NCBI GenBank assembly: GCA_963847185.1 | Contig: CAWJYV010000004.1 | Span: 192,001-256,000 of the forward strand | DNA: 64,000 bases | Direction: 5' to 3' | From: an uncultured Methanosarcinaceae archaeon | GTDB taxonomy: Archaea > Halobacteriota > Methanosarcinia > Methanosarcinales > Methanosarcinaceae | Shown here: positions 30,230-41,583 of the stretch, piece by piece | How the letters are laid out: every line of letters begins with the position of its first letter | Numbering within the stretch: the first letter of the stretch is position 1 | The notes under the pieces: generated by a model | Told to the model about the DNA's origin: nothing | Database searches by the model: none | The model's input: only the letters and a program-made list of their open reading frames with translations | Translations under genes and position numbers: made by a program

Positions 30230-30360
30230 TCAGCTTTATAACTGCATCCTGAAATATAAATAAGTTTTTTTCAGTAAAAGTTTAAGCTAAGATTTTCAGA
30301 TAAAATCCAGAATAACAGAAAACTCTAAAAGCTGTTTCTATAAAGGTAAATTGATCCTAC

Positions 30361-31068
30361 ATGAAAATTCACGTCCTCCAGCACTCCTCTATAAACACCC
30401 TCGGCACCATTGAAGAATACGCTAAAACTAAAAACCACTCTCTTGAGTCAACCCGCTTTTTCGAAACAAAAAGCATTCCAGCGATTGATTCCTTTGACCT
30501 TCTTGTAATCATGGGTGGCCCTATAGGAGTTTATGACTACAAAGAAAATCCCTGGCTGAGAGGCGAAAAAGAGTTTATCAAAAAGGCGATAGAGGCAGAA
30601 AAACCAGTTTTTGGAATATGCCTTGGTGCTCAATTGCTTGCCGACGCTCTGGGTGCCCGCGTTTATGATAATAAATACATGGAAATGGGCTGGTTCCCTA
30701 TAAGAACAGCAATACAGGAGAGTAAACCGGATTTTCTTAAAGGGCTGCCGGAAGAGATCACGGTTTTTCACTGGCATTCCCGCACTTTTGACCTTCCGGA
30801 AGGCTCTGTTAGCCTTTTTGAGAGCAGCGGGTGCAAAAATCAGGGTTTCATTTATGATGGCAGGATTGTGGCGCTACAGTTTCATCCGGAAGTAAATGAA
30901 GAAAGAATTGAATCCCTGATAAAACGGTTTGGAGACAGAATGGCGGATGGGCCATTTGTCCAGAAGAAAAAGGAGATGCTGGGGCAAAAAGAATATTTGG
31001 CCAAAACAAAGGAATTTATGTTTTCTATTCTGGATAAATTCGAGAAAATCACTACTGATAGCCCATAA
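30361..31068 (+). CDS. Type 1 glutamine amidotransferase
   Basis: MGGP, GICLGAQL, QFHPE triad. Confidence 0.9.
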   Translation: MKIHVLQHSSINTLGTIEEYAKTKNHSLESTRFFETKSIPAIDSFDLLVIMGGPIGVYDYKENPWLRGEKEFIKKAIEAEKPVFGICLGAQLLADALGARVYDNKYMEMGWFPIRTAIQESKPDFLKGLPEEITVFHWHSRTFDLPEGSVSLFESSGCKNQGFIYDGRIVALQFHPEVNEERIESLIKRFGDRMADGPFVQKKKEMLGQKEYLAKTKEFMFSILDKFEKITTDSP

Positions 31069-31150
31069 ACGAGCATGAAATTAGTCCTCCTGAGTGAAGA
31101 AAACACTATTTCTTTACCTCAGAGTGAAGAAAAACTATTTCTTTACCCTC

Positions 31151-31215
31151 AATTAGTCCTCTTGAGCGAGCGAAGCGAGGGAAAAGGACCGCGGGCTCCC
31201 GAAGCGCAATTCGGG
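31151..31215 (+). repeat. Dispersed palindromic (REP/MITE-like) element
   Basis: AATTAGTCCTCTTGAGCGA..AGCGA..AAAGGACC..CCCGAAGCGCAATTCGGG; second copy at 44621-44752. Confidence 0.75.
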
Positions 31216-31226
31216 TGTTAGAGAAA

Positions 31227-33941
31227 CTATTCGGCTTGTCCTGGGACAATATCAACAGGTAAGGTATGACTGTTCTTTTGTTCTTTCAAAAAAATCCCTT
31301 TCATTCCGCCTGAGATCAGGGATGCTATGTCTTTTAAGGCAAAGCTCTGTTTGAGTCCTTTTGGAAGAGCGATATATTTAGGGCTCCACTCGGGATTGAA
31401 TTTCTCTTTAAAGTCCCTGAGACCTTTATAGTTATAAAAATGGTCTCCGTGAGCGTAAATTAAAGATCCGATTTTGTGCCACATAGGGGCAAACTGTCTT
31501 TTTTCAAAACCTGATAGGGGAGCCATTCCAAGGGAAAAACTCCTGTAGCCTTTTTCTTTTCCCCAGAGCATGAGCTTGACAAAAAGGTATTCCATTGTCC
31601 TGTCAGGGGCATCTGGGCTGTGGCGCATCAGGTCAACGCTAAGTTCTTCTTTTTCTGCGCCTGTCCAGATGTTTGCAAAAGCAACGATCTCGGTTTCGTT
31701 CCGGACAATTGCTGCAGGGAAATTCCTCAGATATTTTTCATCAAAAAAACCTATAGAGAATTTCTTTTCTTTTCCGGCTTTAAGTTCCAGCCAGGCATCT
31801 GAGATCTTTTTAAGTTCGGGCAGGAGAGCAGGAACTTCTTCAGGAGGGATGATTTCAAAGTGGTACCCTTTTTTCTCAACATTCTTTATTGTGTAACGGA
31901 AATCTTTGCTGGCGCTTCCTTCAAGGGTGAAGGGCTCAAGAGGTACTTTGGCTTCTTCCCCTATTTTGATCAGGGTAAGGCCAAGGTCAAGGAAGATGGG
32001 TATATATTTTTCACCAACTTCATAAAAAGCGGCTCTTCCCTGGTGAAGTTTGCTCATTTCATAAAAATCCCAGATCAGTTCCTTTGCCTGAGCGCTGGAT
32101 CCTGCTACATCCCCCATTGAAATCCAGGTCCTTCCGGAGACCCCGTACATTAAAAAGGCTTTTTTCTCATCATCGAAAAGGAGATATTTATCTCCTGTAA
32201 ATACCAGGTTTCCCCAGGTTTCATCACTTTGGTTGATAATTGTTTTTGCAAGTTCTATTTCCTCTATGGTTGGAAGGTGTATATCTCTGGAAAAAGGACT
32301 CAACATCTTCGCAATCCCAAAAATCAGAAGCAAAGAGAAAACTGCAACCATTGCCCTTAAAAAACTGGAAGCCTGGGAATTAATCCCGAATTGCCACCAG
32401 AGTTCGTTTGAATATTCCACGTTCCTGTATGAAAAAAAACCGAGCCAGACAAAGCTTACAAGTACAATAGTTATTGCAATCAGGTTCTGCCTGCTAAAAG
32501 ACTGGTGCAGGAGTGACGATTTTCTATAGAAATGCTTCCTGCAAGGAAATAGAAAGGCGAAAAGAGCAAAAAGAACTGCTGATTCCTGATAATCAAAGCC
32601 TTTCAGAAGGGCAAAAATTCCTCCCAGAAAAAGGACAGCAAGAGAAAGAACATATGCTCCATCGATTCTCTTCCAGAGCCCGTTTGCCAGGAGCAGAAGC
32701 AATAAACCCATAATGCTGCCAAAAAACCTGGAAGCTTCAATTAGAGGAAGAGGGACAAAGTAGGTCAGATCGTGCACATATTTAGGATTTGAAGGCAGGG
32801 CTCCGGAAAAGAGGAGAGAAATGCCTCCAAGAAAGATCAGGCCGGAAAATATCTGAGGTGCCAGCTCTGAAAGATTTGAATACGTAGCTTTACCAATTTT
32901 TTTTAAAAATTTCTCTCTTTCTGTATATTCCTGGAATATAAGGGCCAGAAATCCAAAAAGGAAGGGAATAAAGTAGTAAATTGCCCTGAATAGGAGAAGG
33001 GGCCTTATTATATCAACGGTATTGAAGTACGGCTCCAGCATAAACAGCATAAGAGTCTCAAAAACTCCAAGTCCTCCAGGAACAGTACTTATCAGTCCTA
33101 TCAACTGGGCAAGCGCAAAGAAAACGAGCACGTGAAGCAGGGTAAGCTGCGGGTTTGAGGGTAGAAGGAAGTAAATTATACAACCTGAAAGAAGATAGTC
33201 TATTGAGGATAATGCAAGCTGCTGGAAAGCGATTTTCGGTTCAGGAATCCTGAACTGGTATTTTTGAATCTTAATTTCCCGCTTCCAGAATGAAAGAGAA
33301 AAGTAAGCAATGAGGAACAGAAGTAGAAGAATTCCAATTACATTTAACGGAACAGGAATTTCTGGCATGTAAACTGGCAGCTTTACCGGATAAAATGTGA
33401 AAAGCATGCCTGCAACGAAACAAAAACCTATCCAGAAAGTGGAAATGCAGAATACTATGATTTCCCAGATATGGGTTAAAGTTAGTCCGTATCTGGAATA
33501 TTGCCTGTAACGAAGAGAGCTTCCAGTTAGGAAGTTAAAACCTACGCTATAGCTGATGGAGGTGCTGATAAAAGAAATAATAGCAGTCCGTTTATACGGC
33601 ATTGAAGGTATCGAAGGTGTTGAAGATATTGAAGGTATTGAAGGTATTGAAGGTATTGAAGGTATTGAAGTCATTGAAGGTGTAGAGTTATTTATACTTC
33701 TGATTGCCAGGTAATCGTAGCCTGTTAAAACAACATAACTCAAAAAAGTAAAAAGGAAAGCAACTCCTATATGGCTGAGGGGAACACTTCCAATACTTTG
33801 AACAATGTCACTAGAATGTAGATGGTGCACCTGCTTATCCAGTGTCCACAAAGCCAGGGAAAATATGGCGACTGGTAAAAGATAACCTATCAGGCTCTTC
33901 ATTTTGGGGATTTTTTCCTGTATGCTGCCGTTTTCTCTCAT
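31227..33941 (-). CDS. mprF: Bifunctional aminoacyl-phosphatidylglycerol flippase/synthase
   Basis: Multi-TM N-terminus with PGGLGVFE; C-terminal DUF2156 domain with K.GEEA, DLMRH, LGMAPLSG, GLR.FKEKF.P.W. Confidence 0.92.
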   Translation of the reverse strand: MRENGSIQEKIPKMKSLIGYLLPVAIFSLALWTLDKQVHHLHSSDIVQSIGSVPLSHIGVAFLFTFLSYVVLTGYDYLAIRSINNSTPSMTSIPSIPSIPSIPSISSTPSIPSMPYKRTAIISFISTSISYSVGFNFLTGSSLRYRQYSRYGLTLTHIWEIIVFCISTFWIGFCFVAGMLFTFYPVKLPVYMPEIPVPLNVIGILLLLFLIAYFSLSFWKREIKIQKYQFRIPEPKIAFQQLALSSIDYLLSGCIIYFLLPSNPQLTLLHVLVFFALAQLIGLISTVPGGLGVFETLMLFMLEPYFNTVDIIRPLLLFRAIYYFIPFLFGFLALIFQEYTEREKFLKKIGKATYSNLSELAPQIFSGLIFLGGISLLFSGALPSNPKYVHDLTYFVPLPLIEASRFFGSIMGLLLLLLANGLWKRIDGAYVLSLAVLFLGGIFALLKGFDYQESAVLFALFAFLFPCRKHFYRKSSLLHQSFSRQNLIAITIVLVSFVWLGFFSYRNVEYSNELWWQFGINSQASSFLRAMVAVFSLLLIFGIAKMLSPFSRDIHLPTIEEIELAKTIINQSDETWGNLVFTGDKYLLFDDEKKAFLMYGVSGRTWISMGDVAGSSAQAKELIWDFYEMSKLHQGRAAFYEVGEKYIPIFLDLGLTLIKIGEEAKVPLEPFTLEGSASKDFRYTIKNVEKKGYHFEIIPPEEVPALLPELKKISDAWLELKAGKEKKFSIGFFDEKYLRNFPAAIVRNETEIVAFANIWTGAEKEELSVDLMRHSPDAPDRTMEYLFVKLMLWGKEKGYRSFSLGMAPLSGFEKRQFAPMWHKIGSLIYAHGDHFYNYKGLRDFKEKFNPEWSPKYIALPKGLKQSFALKDIASLISGGMKGIFLKEQKNSHTLPVDIVPGQAE
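33601..33681. repeat. In-frame 9-bp tandem repeat (ATTGAAGGT) x9 in mprF
   Basis: Encodes (PSI)n. Confidence 0.9.
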
Positions 33942-34376
33942 CAGGATCCGATTCCTTTTGTATCAATAGGAGTAGAGTTTCTAATGTTCCACCTACTCTC
34001 TTAAAGTAAATATATTTTTGGTAAGTTAGTAAATTAGATATTATGCAGGGATAATTATCATAAATTCATGCTTAATTCTTCTGCCTTCTTTTTTGTATGA
34101 TAAAGCCCTCAGAATTGCAGTCTAAATATATATAAATACTTGTACTTCAGCCAAAATTTCAGGAGATTTTATTTTTATAAAAAGAGTAAGGAAAATCCTG
34201 AATTTACCTATAAGAGTTAGGAAAATCCTGAATTTCCCAATTCTAGGTGCTGGAATGGATTTTATTTTCATCGGCTTTCCTTTACGTTCCTTTAAACCGA
34301 TGGATTCTATATTTTGCCAGATCCATACTCACTAGAATCTATCTCTACCAGAGCAAATACTCACCAGAGACCACAT

Positions 34377-35033
34377 TCACCAGAGTCCGTATATCGGACC
34401 CACAAAAAAGAACGCAATTAAACCAATAGTATTACTAAAGCCATGAGCTATAACTGATGCCCATAAATTATTCTCGTATTTGAGTTTTAGTAAACTGAAA
34501 AAAATCGCATCCAGAGTAGTGAGAACAACTCCAATAATCCCCTGTTCAGTATGTGCAAGCCCGAATAAGAAAGAAGAAAGAATTATCCCCAAAAATACCC
34601 CTATCCAGGGGTTTTCAAACAGATCACACATTCTCTTTTGAAGATATCCTCTATAGACAATTTCTTCTCCAAATGCAGCCAGAGTCCAGGTTAGAACAAG
34701 AAACAACAATAAATTGCCAAAGTTTCCTTTAAGATTCTCAAATGCACTCAGATCCTGCGTTGTTCCTGTTAAATGATTTAATACAGGCATGAATAGAGCG
34801 AGATGCAGGAATGTCCAGACAATTACCAGTAAAAAAATATTTATTGTCATCCTGAATGCATTTTCGGGCTTTTTAAAACCCAGTGCTGATAGTTTCTCTT
34901 TCCGGACTAAAAGTGAAATAGCGGCTATTCCTAAAATTACTATTGTAGGTACAAGTAAATCAAAAATGATAACTAGGGCAGCGGTTGTGAATTCAATAAG
35001 GGAAAGGATTCTCCAAAAATTGATATTGTTCAT
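34377..35033 (-). CDS. CPBP/CAAX-family intramembrane metalloprotease
   Basis: EEIVYRGY, FGLAH, H..SN motifs. Confidence 0.88.
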   Translation of the reverse strand: MNNINFWRILSLIEFTTAALVIIFDLLVPTIVILGIAAISLLVRKEKLSALGFKKPENAFRMTINIFLLVIVWTFLHLALFMPVLNHLTGTTQDLSAFENLKGNFGNLLLFLVLTWTLAAFGEEIVYRGYLQKRMCDLFENPWIGVFLGIILSSFLFGLAHTEQGIIGVVLTTLDAIFFSLLKLKYENNLWASVIAHGFSNTIGLIAFFFVGPIYGLW

Positions 35034-35267
35034 TTTTAAAAGCCTCTGGAATGGAACTTCTGAATGCTATACGTTTCTCTTTGTTTTAAAGAAAATGAAA
35101 AGATAAAAAAACTCCCTTCAAAGCTTAAAGGAAAGAATGGATTGAGAACGGCTTTTCCCGTTGTATTCGATCCTGATTCCGCCAGAAATTTTTTCTCGGT
35201 GTCCCAATAATGATTTTACCAGAGGATTCAAAATTAAAATTAGAGAAAAAGTTAAGGAAGAGTGAAT

Positions 35268-36674
35268 TCACGAGGTTTCCGCTTTTTCGGCATGTCTGAC
35301 AGTAACAAACCTGGGATTTTCCTTAACTCCTTTCTTTTTGCTTCTGAGGATTTTGAATTCCTTTGAAAGCATGGTTAGAACCACCAGTGCCATTATATAT
35401 TCTGCAGCTGGAGACGCAGCCCATATTCCTTTAAGGTCAAAGAAAAGGGGCAGGATGAAGAGCATAGGAAAGAGTAAAAAGAAAATCTTTCCCAGATTAA
35501 TGAAGAGGGCTTCCTTGACTTTGTTTATTGACTGATAATAAATAGCAGTGAGCAGCACGGTCCCTTCAACAAGTAAAGAGAACATGAAAATATTCATTCC
35601 TCGAAGAGTAATTTTCATAAGTTCGGGATCATTCCGACTGAAGATTCGTATTATATCCTCCGGGAAGAAATAAAGCAGCGCAAACCCGAGGACTCCTATG
35701 AGACTGCATGTAAAGATTGTCAGTTTCAGAGTTTTTAAAACTCTCTTATACGAGCCTGCCCCGTAGTTGAAACCTATTATCGGCTGAACTCCCAGTGCTA
35801 CTCCTTCAAAGAGCATATAGAAAATTGAAAAGACATATCCTATAATGCCGTAGGCTGAGACTGCAAGCTCGGAACCGTATCTGAGCAGCATATAATTATG
35901 TGCAAAAAGCACAAGAGACAGTGATATCTGCATTATGAAAGATGGAAGTCCAGCTCTAAAGATCTGGACCAAAGCCTCAATCTTTAAGCTCATAGAGTTC
36001 AGCCTGAGTTTCAACTTTGCCTTGCTTCCAAAAAGGTAATTCAGCTGCAGTAATGCAGGCAGAGCAAAGGAAAGGACTGTTGCAGTAGCTGCCCCTGACA
36101 TTCCCATCCCCATGCGCATGACGAAAAGGTAGTCAAGTACTACGTTTAAAACTACTCCTGCAATCATAATGCTCATGCAGAGCCTCGGCTTTCCGTCATT
36201 CCTGACTAGGGGATCAAGGGCAAGAGTAAGGACCATAAAAACCGAGCCCAAAAAAATAATCCTGAGATATTCACGGGCAAAGATAAGGGCAGGTCCGCTG
36301 GCTCCAAGCAAGCTAATAAAGGTTTCACAAAAGACAAGCCCGCCTATAGTTAAAATGGCTCCTGAGATCAGGCATAAGGGAAAAACATTATTTACAATAT
36401 CGAGAGCTCCCTTTGTATTTCCCTTCCCAAGTTCCAGGGCTGTAAGGCTCGACGAACCTATCCCGATGATTACGCCTACTGCAATTATTGCCACATAAGG
36501 AGGGTAAGCAAGAGTAATTCCTGCAAGTCCCTGACTCCCAATGACATTTCCTATGAAGAAACCGTCTATTATACTCTGGATCCCAGCGATTACTACTCCC
36601 ACAATTGTCGGGAGTACAAATTTCGAAAACAGCCTTGGAATGCTTCCGGATCTCAGTTCTTCATCATTTACCAT
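35268..36674 (-). CDS. MATE-family efflux transporter
   Basis: D..FIG...G...LAG, RNDGKP, N.VLDYLF, QPIIGFNYGA; ATG at 36674 follows GGAGG. Confidence 0.92.
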   Translation of the reverse strand: MVNDEELRSGSIPRLFSKFVLPTIVGVVIAGIQSIIDGFFIGNVIGSQGLAGITLAYPPYVAIIAVGVIIGIGSSSLTALELGKGNTKGALDIVNNVFPLCLISGAILTIGGLVFCETFISLLGASGPALIFAREYLRIIFLGSVFMVLTLALDPLVRNDGKPRLCMSIMIAGVVLNVVLDYLFVMRMGMGMSGAATATVLSFALPALLQLNYLFGSKAKLKLRLNSMSLKIEALVQIFRAGLPSFIMQISLSLVLFAHNYMLLRYGSELAVSAYGIIGYVFSIFYMLFEGVALGVQPIIGFNYGAGSYKRVLKTLKLTIFTCSLIGVLGFALLYFFPEDIIRIFSRNDPELMKITLRGMNIFMFSLLVEGTVLLTAIYYQSINKVKEALFINLGKIFFLLFPMLFILPLFFDLKGIWAASPAAEYIMALVVLTMLSKEFKILRSKKKGVKENPRFVTVRHAEKAETS

Positions 36675-37810
36675 ATCAGGTCCTCCACATGTTGCAAGCT
36701 TTATTTTCAAAAGCCTGTAGTCGTTCATCCTGGTCTTTCCGCTGTCCGAAAGTCCTGGTATCTTCTGTGAAGGGCAGATAATCCTTAATTTCAAGTTCCG
36801 GATTTATCTTTGCTGTTTTCAGGTAAAAAAACCTGTTCAAAGAGATAAAGGGGATATTGTACTTTTTTGAAGACTTATATTTTTTAGAGGATTCATATTT
36901 TGTAAGTAAACTGAAATACAGATACTCATCATTTTTTAATAACTCAAACAAAGTCATTTTTCATCCTGATGGAGCTTCAGAAACATTCAGATTCAAATAT
37001 AGCTGCTTTGCTGCAGAATTAATCGGGCTGTCTGTTCTGAATGGTGCGTACCGATGTTCCTGGAGGGTTTTTGTGCTGCGGGAGGGCAGTGCAAATCCGT
37101 TTTACAAAGCTCCATCATTTAAAGGTAAAAGTGGATTCAAGCAAATCGAGAATCCTGTGAATCAGTGCAACAAAGCAGGTAAAACCATTATTCAGATAGT
37201 CAGCCTGGAAATCAATATTATATGCTAAACAATATTTTAATATTTATACATTTACAGCCTTTTTTGTTTTAGCATGTTATTTATTGGATTAAAAAAATGA
37301 TCGCTGGTCTGTTTTTAGCAAGAATATTTGAAAAATGAGCTTTGTATAAAACTTAGATTATCTCTCTTAGCCTGCCTATTTATTAATAAAGTCACATTTA
37401 GGCTGGTTCTGTCTCTCAAGTACTTATAATGGTTTTTTTGTCGTATTTACAGCTTTTAACTGCTTGAATTTTCACTTAGCATAAAGTCGTTTTCATGTTT
37501 TTTTATTTTTGTATCTGGGATAATACTTTTTTCTAGTAAGTCCTGACTTTCTGAAAACTCACGTAAGACAGGAGATAAACTTCCAAGATAATAATTAGTG
37601 TTTTTGAAATCAAGATTTTTATATGAAAAAAGAATTGGGGCTTACCAACCATTTTTTATGCAAGGAGCACCTTTAGATTTTTAAACTAATCTTAAACTTG
37701 CTTAAACCAGTTTGCTTAAAATCGCTTACATACCTTTTAAATAGGTCTTTTCACAGCCTTTTTTCTTAATTTTAAAATTTCCTTACCGGAAGAGAATAAA
37801 CTGATCTGAT

Positions 37811-40477
37811 ATGTCTGCTAATAATTTCACCTGTAATCCTCCTGAAATCCTGGCTCCTGTAGGAGACCAGGAAGCTCTCCTTGGTGCAATAAAAGGAGGA
37901 GCTGATGCTGTTTACCTTGGAGTCGGCGAATTTAATGCCCGCCAGGGTGCTAAGAATTTCACTCTAGAAGAGCTGGAATCCGCTATCGACCTTGCCCACT
38001 CACATGGGGTTTTTGTTTATCTGGCCCTCAACATCCCAATAAAACAAAAAGAATTGCAGCACGCCGTTGAGATAATAGACCAGGCGTATGCATTCGGAAT
38101 CGATGCAATCATCCTGCAGGATCTCGGACTTCTAAGACTACTTAAAGAGATTTATCCTGACCTTGAGTTGCATGCAAGCACACAGATGACAATTCATAAT
38201 AAAGAAGGTGTCGATTTCGCTGCAAGTCTTGGAGCCTCACGGGTTATAGTTTCAAGAGAACTTACTACAGCCGAAGTAAAGGATATTGTTGACCATTCAA
38301 ACGTGGGCATCGAAGTTTTTGTCCATGGGGCTCTTTGTTATTCCTACTCAGGAAAATGTCTTTTTAGCAGTTTCCTGCATGACAGAAGCGCAAACCGAGG
38401 AGCATGTGCACAACCATGCCGACGGCGATACAAATTCGTGGTAAACGGAAGAGAAATTGATGAGAAATATGTTGGAGGCAGTTATCCCATAAGCTGTGCC
38501 GAGCTTTCCACACTGACTGGACTTGAGGAAATAGTAAATACAGGAGTTGTGAGTCTTAAAATAGAAGGCAGAATGAAAAAGCCTGAGTACGTGACAGCAA
38601 GTGCTGCTGCTTATAAGGATACAGTTGAAGGCATCTGCAGGCCAGAAGGAAATCCTACAAAAGAGGAACTTGAATCAAGAGAAGCAGAGCTTGCAAAACT
38701 CTTTTACAGGGGCTTTACAAAAGGTTTCATTCTCGAAGAAAAAGGTGTATCTCATCCCAAATACAGCTCAAACTACGGAGCTTACCTTGGAAAAGTTCTG
38801 GATCTCTCCCGTTCAAAAGGAAATACGAAACTCACAGTCCGGCTGGAAGAAGATATTCAGGTAAAAGATGGAATAAGCATCTTCACGCGGGAAAGGATGC
38901 TTGGTTCTGCAGTTGCAGGCATAATCACGATTGCAGGCGAACATGGAAAAAATGCGAAAAAAGGTGAAAAAGTAGGGCTTGAGATCAGCTCCAAAACCGG
39001 AAGAGCAGTTCAGAGAGGAGATGAAGTCTACCTAACTACAGACACCAGACTTCTGGACACCCTTGAGAAAACAAAATTGAAAACCTTTCCTGTGAGCTTG
39101 AAAGTAAAAGCAAGGAAAGGAGAAAAATTAAAAATCGAGATTCGAAAAGATAATGAGGAAAGTATTGAAAGCAGTAAGGGAAGCATAAAAAGTAACGAAA
39201 AAAGCATTGGAAATGAAGAAGCTTCCATAGTAGAATTTGAGGATGAATATATAGTTCAGGCAGCTGAAAAAGCGCCAACTACAGCCGAGCAAATAAGAAA
39301 GGCAATGGAAAGCCTTGGTGACACTTCATTTGAAGCTAATGATGTTCTAATTGAGGCTGATGAAAATATTTTTATCCCTGTTGGTGTGCTGAAGAATGCA
39401 AGAAGAAACGCTGCAGAGCTCCTGCTTGAAAAAACGCTGAAAGCGTATAAAAAAGAGCAAAAAAACCCGCTTCTGGAGAGTTTCAATCAGCTGTGTGTTT
39501 CAGGAAATCATGAAGATAAAGTCAGCATTGAAAAAAGAATTGAAAAAAGCATTGAAAAAAACAGCGATAAAAGTAGTGAAAATAATAATGACAAAGAATG
39601 TATTCTTGTGAGCAAGAGGAAGATAAGGAGTGCTCTTTCAAATCAGCTTTTCCTCAGCGTTGAGATCAACAGGCTTCCTTCCCTTTTTAAAGCTGCAGAT
39701 GCAGGTGCAGATATCATTTATATCCCTATTTCAAGATTTGAAGCGCTGATGGAACTCGAAAATGCGGAGAAACTTGAGGCTCTGAAATCCAGAGGAATTG
39801 AGCTTGTCTTCAAAATTCCTCTAATAAACCATGAAAGGGAACTGGAAGAACTCAAACCCCTGGTGGAAAACGTAAGAGATGCCGGTTTCAGTATAGCCTG
39901 CTCCGATCTCGGGGTTGCACAGCTCGCAAAAGAACTTTCAGTACCTTTTGTAGCTCAGAAAGAGTTCAATATCTTCAATGCCTTCACTGCGAGCACTTTC
40001 TACCGGGCAGGAGCATATCGGGTTACTCTTTCGAGTGAATTGAACCTGAGCGAAATAAAAGACATCTGTGGAAACCTCCATACATGCGGAGAGACAGGGC
40101 AGACAGAAGTTTTCGTTTATGGCAGAGAACTTATGCTAATTACTGAAAATGATCTCTTAAAGCCTCTTATTGATAAAAAAATCGTTAGAATTGACAGCGA
40201 AGTGTCCCTGCTTGACCAGAGCGGCTCGGAATTTCCCGTAAAGCGCCTGGGTACGCGGACTCTTATCTATAACTCGAAAGTGCTTGATATGCTGAAATAT
40301 ATCAAGAATCTTAAGGGATATGGAATGGATGTAATTAGGCTTGACCTGTCACTGAATAATGATGCTGAGATAAAAGAGATCGTGGAAACATATAAAGAAG
40401 CGGTTGCAGGAAGAGAAAAAAAGCTGAGTATAAAAGGGGTTGAATATACAACAGGACATTACTTTAAAGGGGTTTGA
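37811..40477 (+). CDS. U32-family protein with DUF3656 (RlhA-like)
   Basis: GADAVYLG, HASTQ, EVFVHGALC.SYSG.C, NRGACAQPCR, LKIEGRMK. Confidence 0.9.
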   Translation: MSANNFTCNPPEILAPVGDQEALLGAIKGGADAVYLGVGEFNARQGAKNFTLEELESAIDLAHSHGVFVYLALNIPIKQKELQHAVEIIDQAYAFGIDAIILQDLGLLRLLKEIYPDLELHASTQMTIHNKEGVDFAASLGASRVIVSRELTTAEVKDIVDHSNVGIEVFVHGALCYSYSGKCLFSSFLHDRSANRGACAQPCRRRYKFVVNGREIDEKYVGGSYPISCAELSTLTGLEEIVNTGVVSLKIEGRMKKPEYVTASAAAYKDTVEGICRPEGNPTKEELESREAELAKLFYRGFTKGFILEEKGVSHPKYSSNYGAYLGKVLDLSRSKGNTKLTVRLEEDIQVKDGISIFTRERMLGSAVAGIITIAGEHGKNAKKGEKVGLEISSKTGRAVQRGDEVYLTTDTRLLDTLEKTKLKTFPVSLKVKARKGEKLKIEIRKDNEESIESSKGSIKSNEKSIGNEEASIVEFEDEYIVQAAEKAPTTAEQIRKAMESLGDTSFEANDVLIEADENIFIPVGVLKNARRNAAELLLEKTLKAYKKEQKNPLLESFNQLCVSGNHEDKVSIEKRIEKSIEKNSDKSSENNNDKECILVSKRKIRSALSNQLFLSVEINRLPSLFKAADAGADIIYIPISRFEALMELENAEKLEALKSRGIELVFKIPLINHERELEELKPLVENVRDAGFSIACSDLGVAQLAKELSVPFVAQKEFNIFNAFTASTFYRAGAYRVTLSSELNLSEIKDICGNLHTCGETGQTEVFVYGRELMLITENDLLKPLIDKKIVRIDSEVSLLDQSGSEFPVKRLGTRTLIYNSKVLDMLKYIKNLKGYGMDVIRLDLSLNNDAEIKEIVETYKEAVAGREKKLSIKGVEYTTGHYFKGV

Positions 40478-40639
40478 GGAAGAAAATAAAGATGGAGTAA
40501 ATAAGGGATATAAATTAATGGAGATATGGGAAAAGTGTTATAAAAATGAGAGATACGAAATAAAAGACATAAAATAAAAGATAGAGTTTCAGTAATCTCC
40601 TAAAATTCCATTGACCTCCAAAGGCGAGAATATCAAGGC

Positions 40640-41416
40640 TTGAAATATACGCAAGCAGAGGATAATTTGATGCAGGAAAAGAAGACCCCCCAGTTTCAGC
40701 AGTCCAGAAATTGTCCGGCAGAAAAAGATTCTTTCAAATGCGAGCTCATAAGTTTCAATGAGGTCTTAAGGCTTTCCAAAATTCTTTCCCGGAAAATCAA
40801 AGCTTCTGGTTTTATACCTGACCTGATTGTTGCTATTGGGAGAGGAGGCTATGTGCCTGGAAGACTGATTTCCGACTTTTTGCTTTTCAATAACCTTACT
40901 TCGATGAAGATAGAGCACTATAAAAGAGCTGCCGACATTCGAGAGGAGGCGAGAATTCGCTATCCTATTTCTGTGGATATAACTGGAAAAAAGATTCTGA
41001 TTGTTGATGATGTAACCGATACCGGTGACACATTTCTCCTTGCAGTGGACTATGTATGGAGTTTAAAAGCCGCAGAAGTAAAAACTGCAGTGCTTCAGCA
41101 CAAGACCTGCTCTGCTTTTGTGCCAGACTTCTATGCCCAGAAGATCATCAGATGGCGCTGGATAATCTACCCCTGGGCCCGATATGAAGACCTTGCCGGA
41201 TTCACAGAAAAGATAATTATGGACAGGACACTGGACCTTTCCCGGATTTTATCGGAATTTAAAAACAGATATGGACTGGATGTAAAAGAAGCAGAGATTC
41301 TCGAAATTGTGGACGATCTGGTTGAAAGGGGAGAAATAGAATGCTTTGAAGGGGATAAACGGCAATGGAGAGTTTTGAAAGATAAAGTGCAATCTGATAA
41401 GGAGCAGGAGTTATGA
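40640..41416 (+). CDS. Type I phosphoribosyltransferase
   Basis: AIGRGG, ILIVDDVTDTGDT, WIIYPW. Confidence 0.9.
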   Translation: MKYTQAEDNLMQEKKTPQFQQSRNCPAEKDSFKCELISFNEVLRLSKILSRKIKASGFIPDLIVAIGRGGYVPGRLISDFLLFNNLTSMKIEHYKRAADIREEARIRYPISVDITGKKILIVDDVTDTGDTFLLAVDYVWSLKAAEVKTAVLQHKTCSAFVPDFYAQKIIRWRWIIYPWARYEDLAGFTEKIIMDRTLDLSRILSEFKNRYGLDVKEAEILEIVDDLVERGEIECFEGDKRQWRVLKDKVQSDKEQEL

Positions 41417-41583
41417 TTTTAAATTCTCAAAGCCGCTATTTTTAATACTTAAATTTCGATGTTAAATACTCAAATTTCAAGCTTTAAATTCTGTTTTATC
41501 CTGACAATACTTAAATATTCAAAATACAGGGTAAATGAACCTTTACACCATGCCTGAACTTTTATCATCCATTTATACTTTTT

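Noticed and set aside
36676-37228. ORFs 36676..36957 and 36857..37228, and the 5' extension of the MATE ORF
   Set aside because: No motifs and weak starts; the MATE gene has a good RBS and ATG at 36674.
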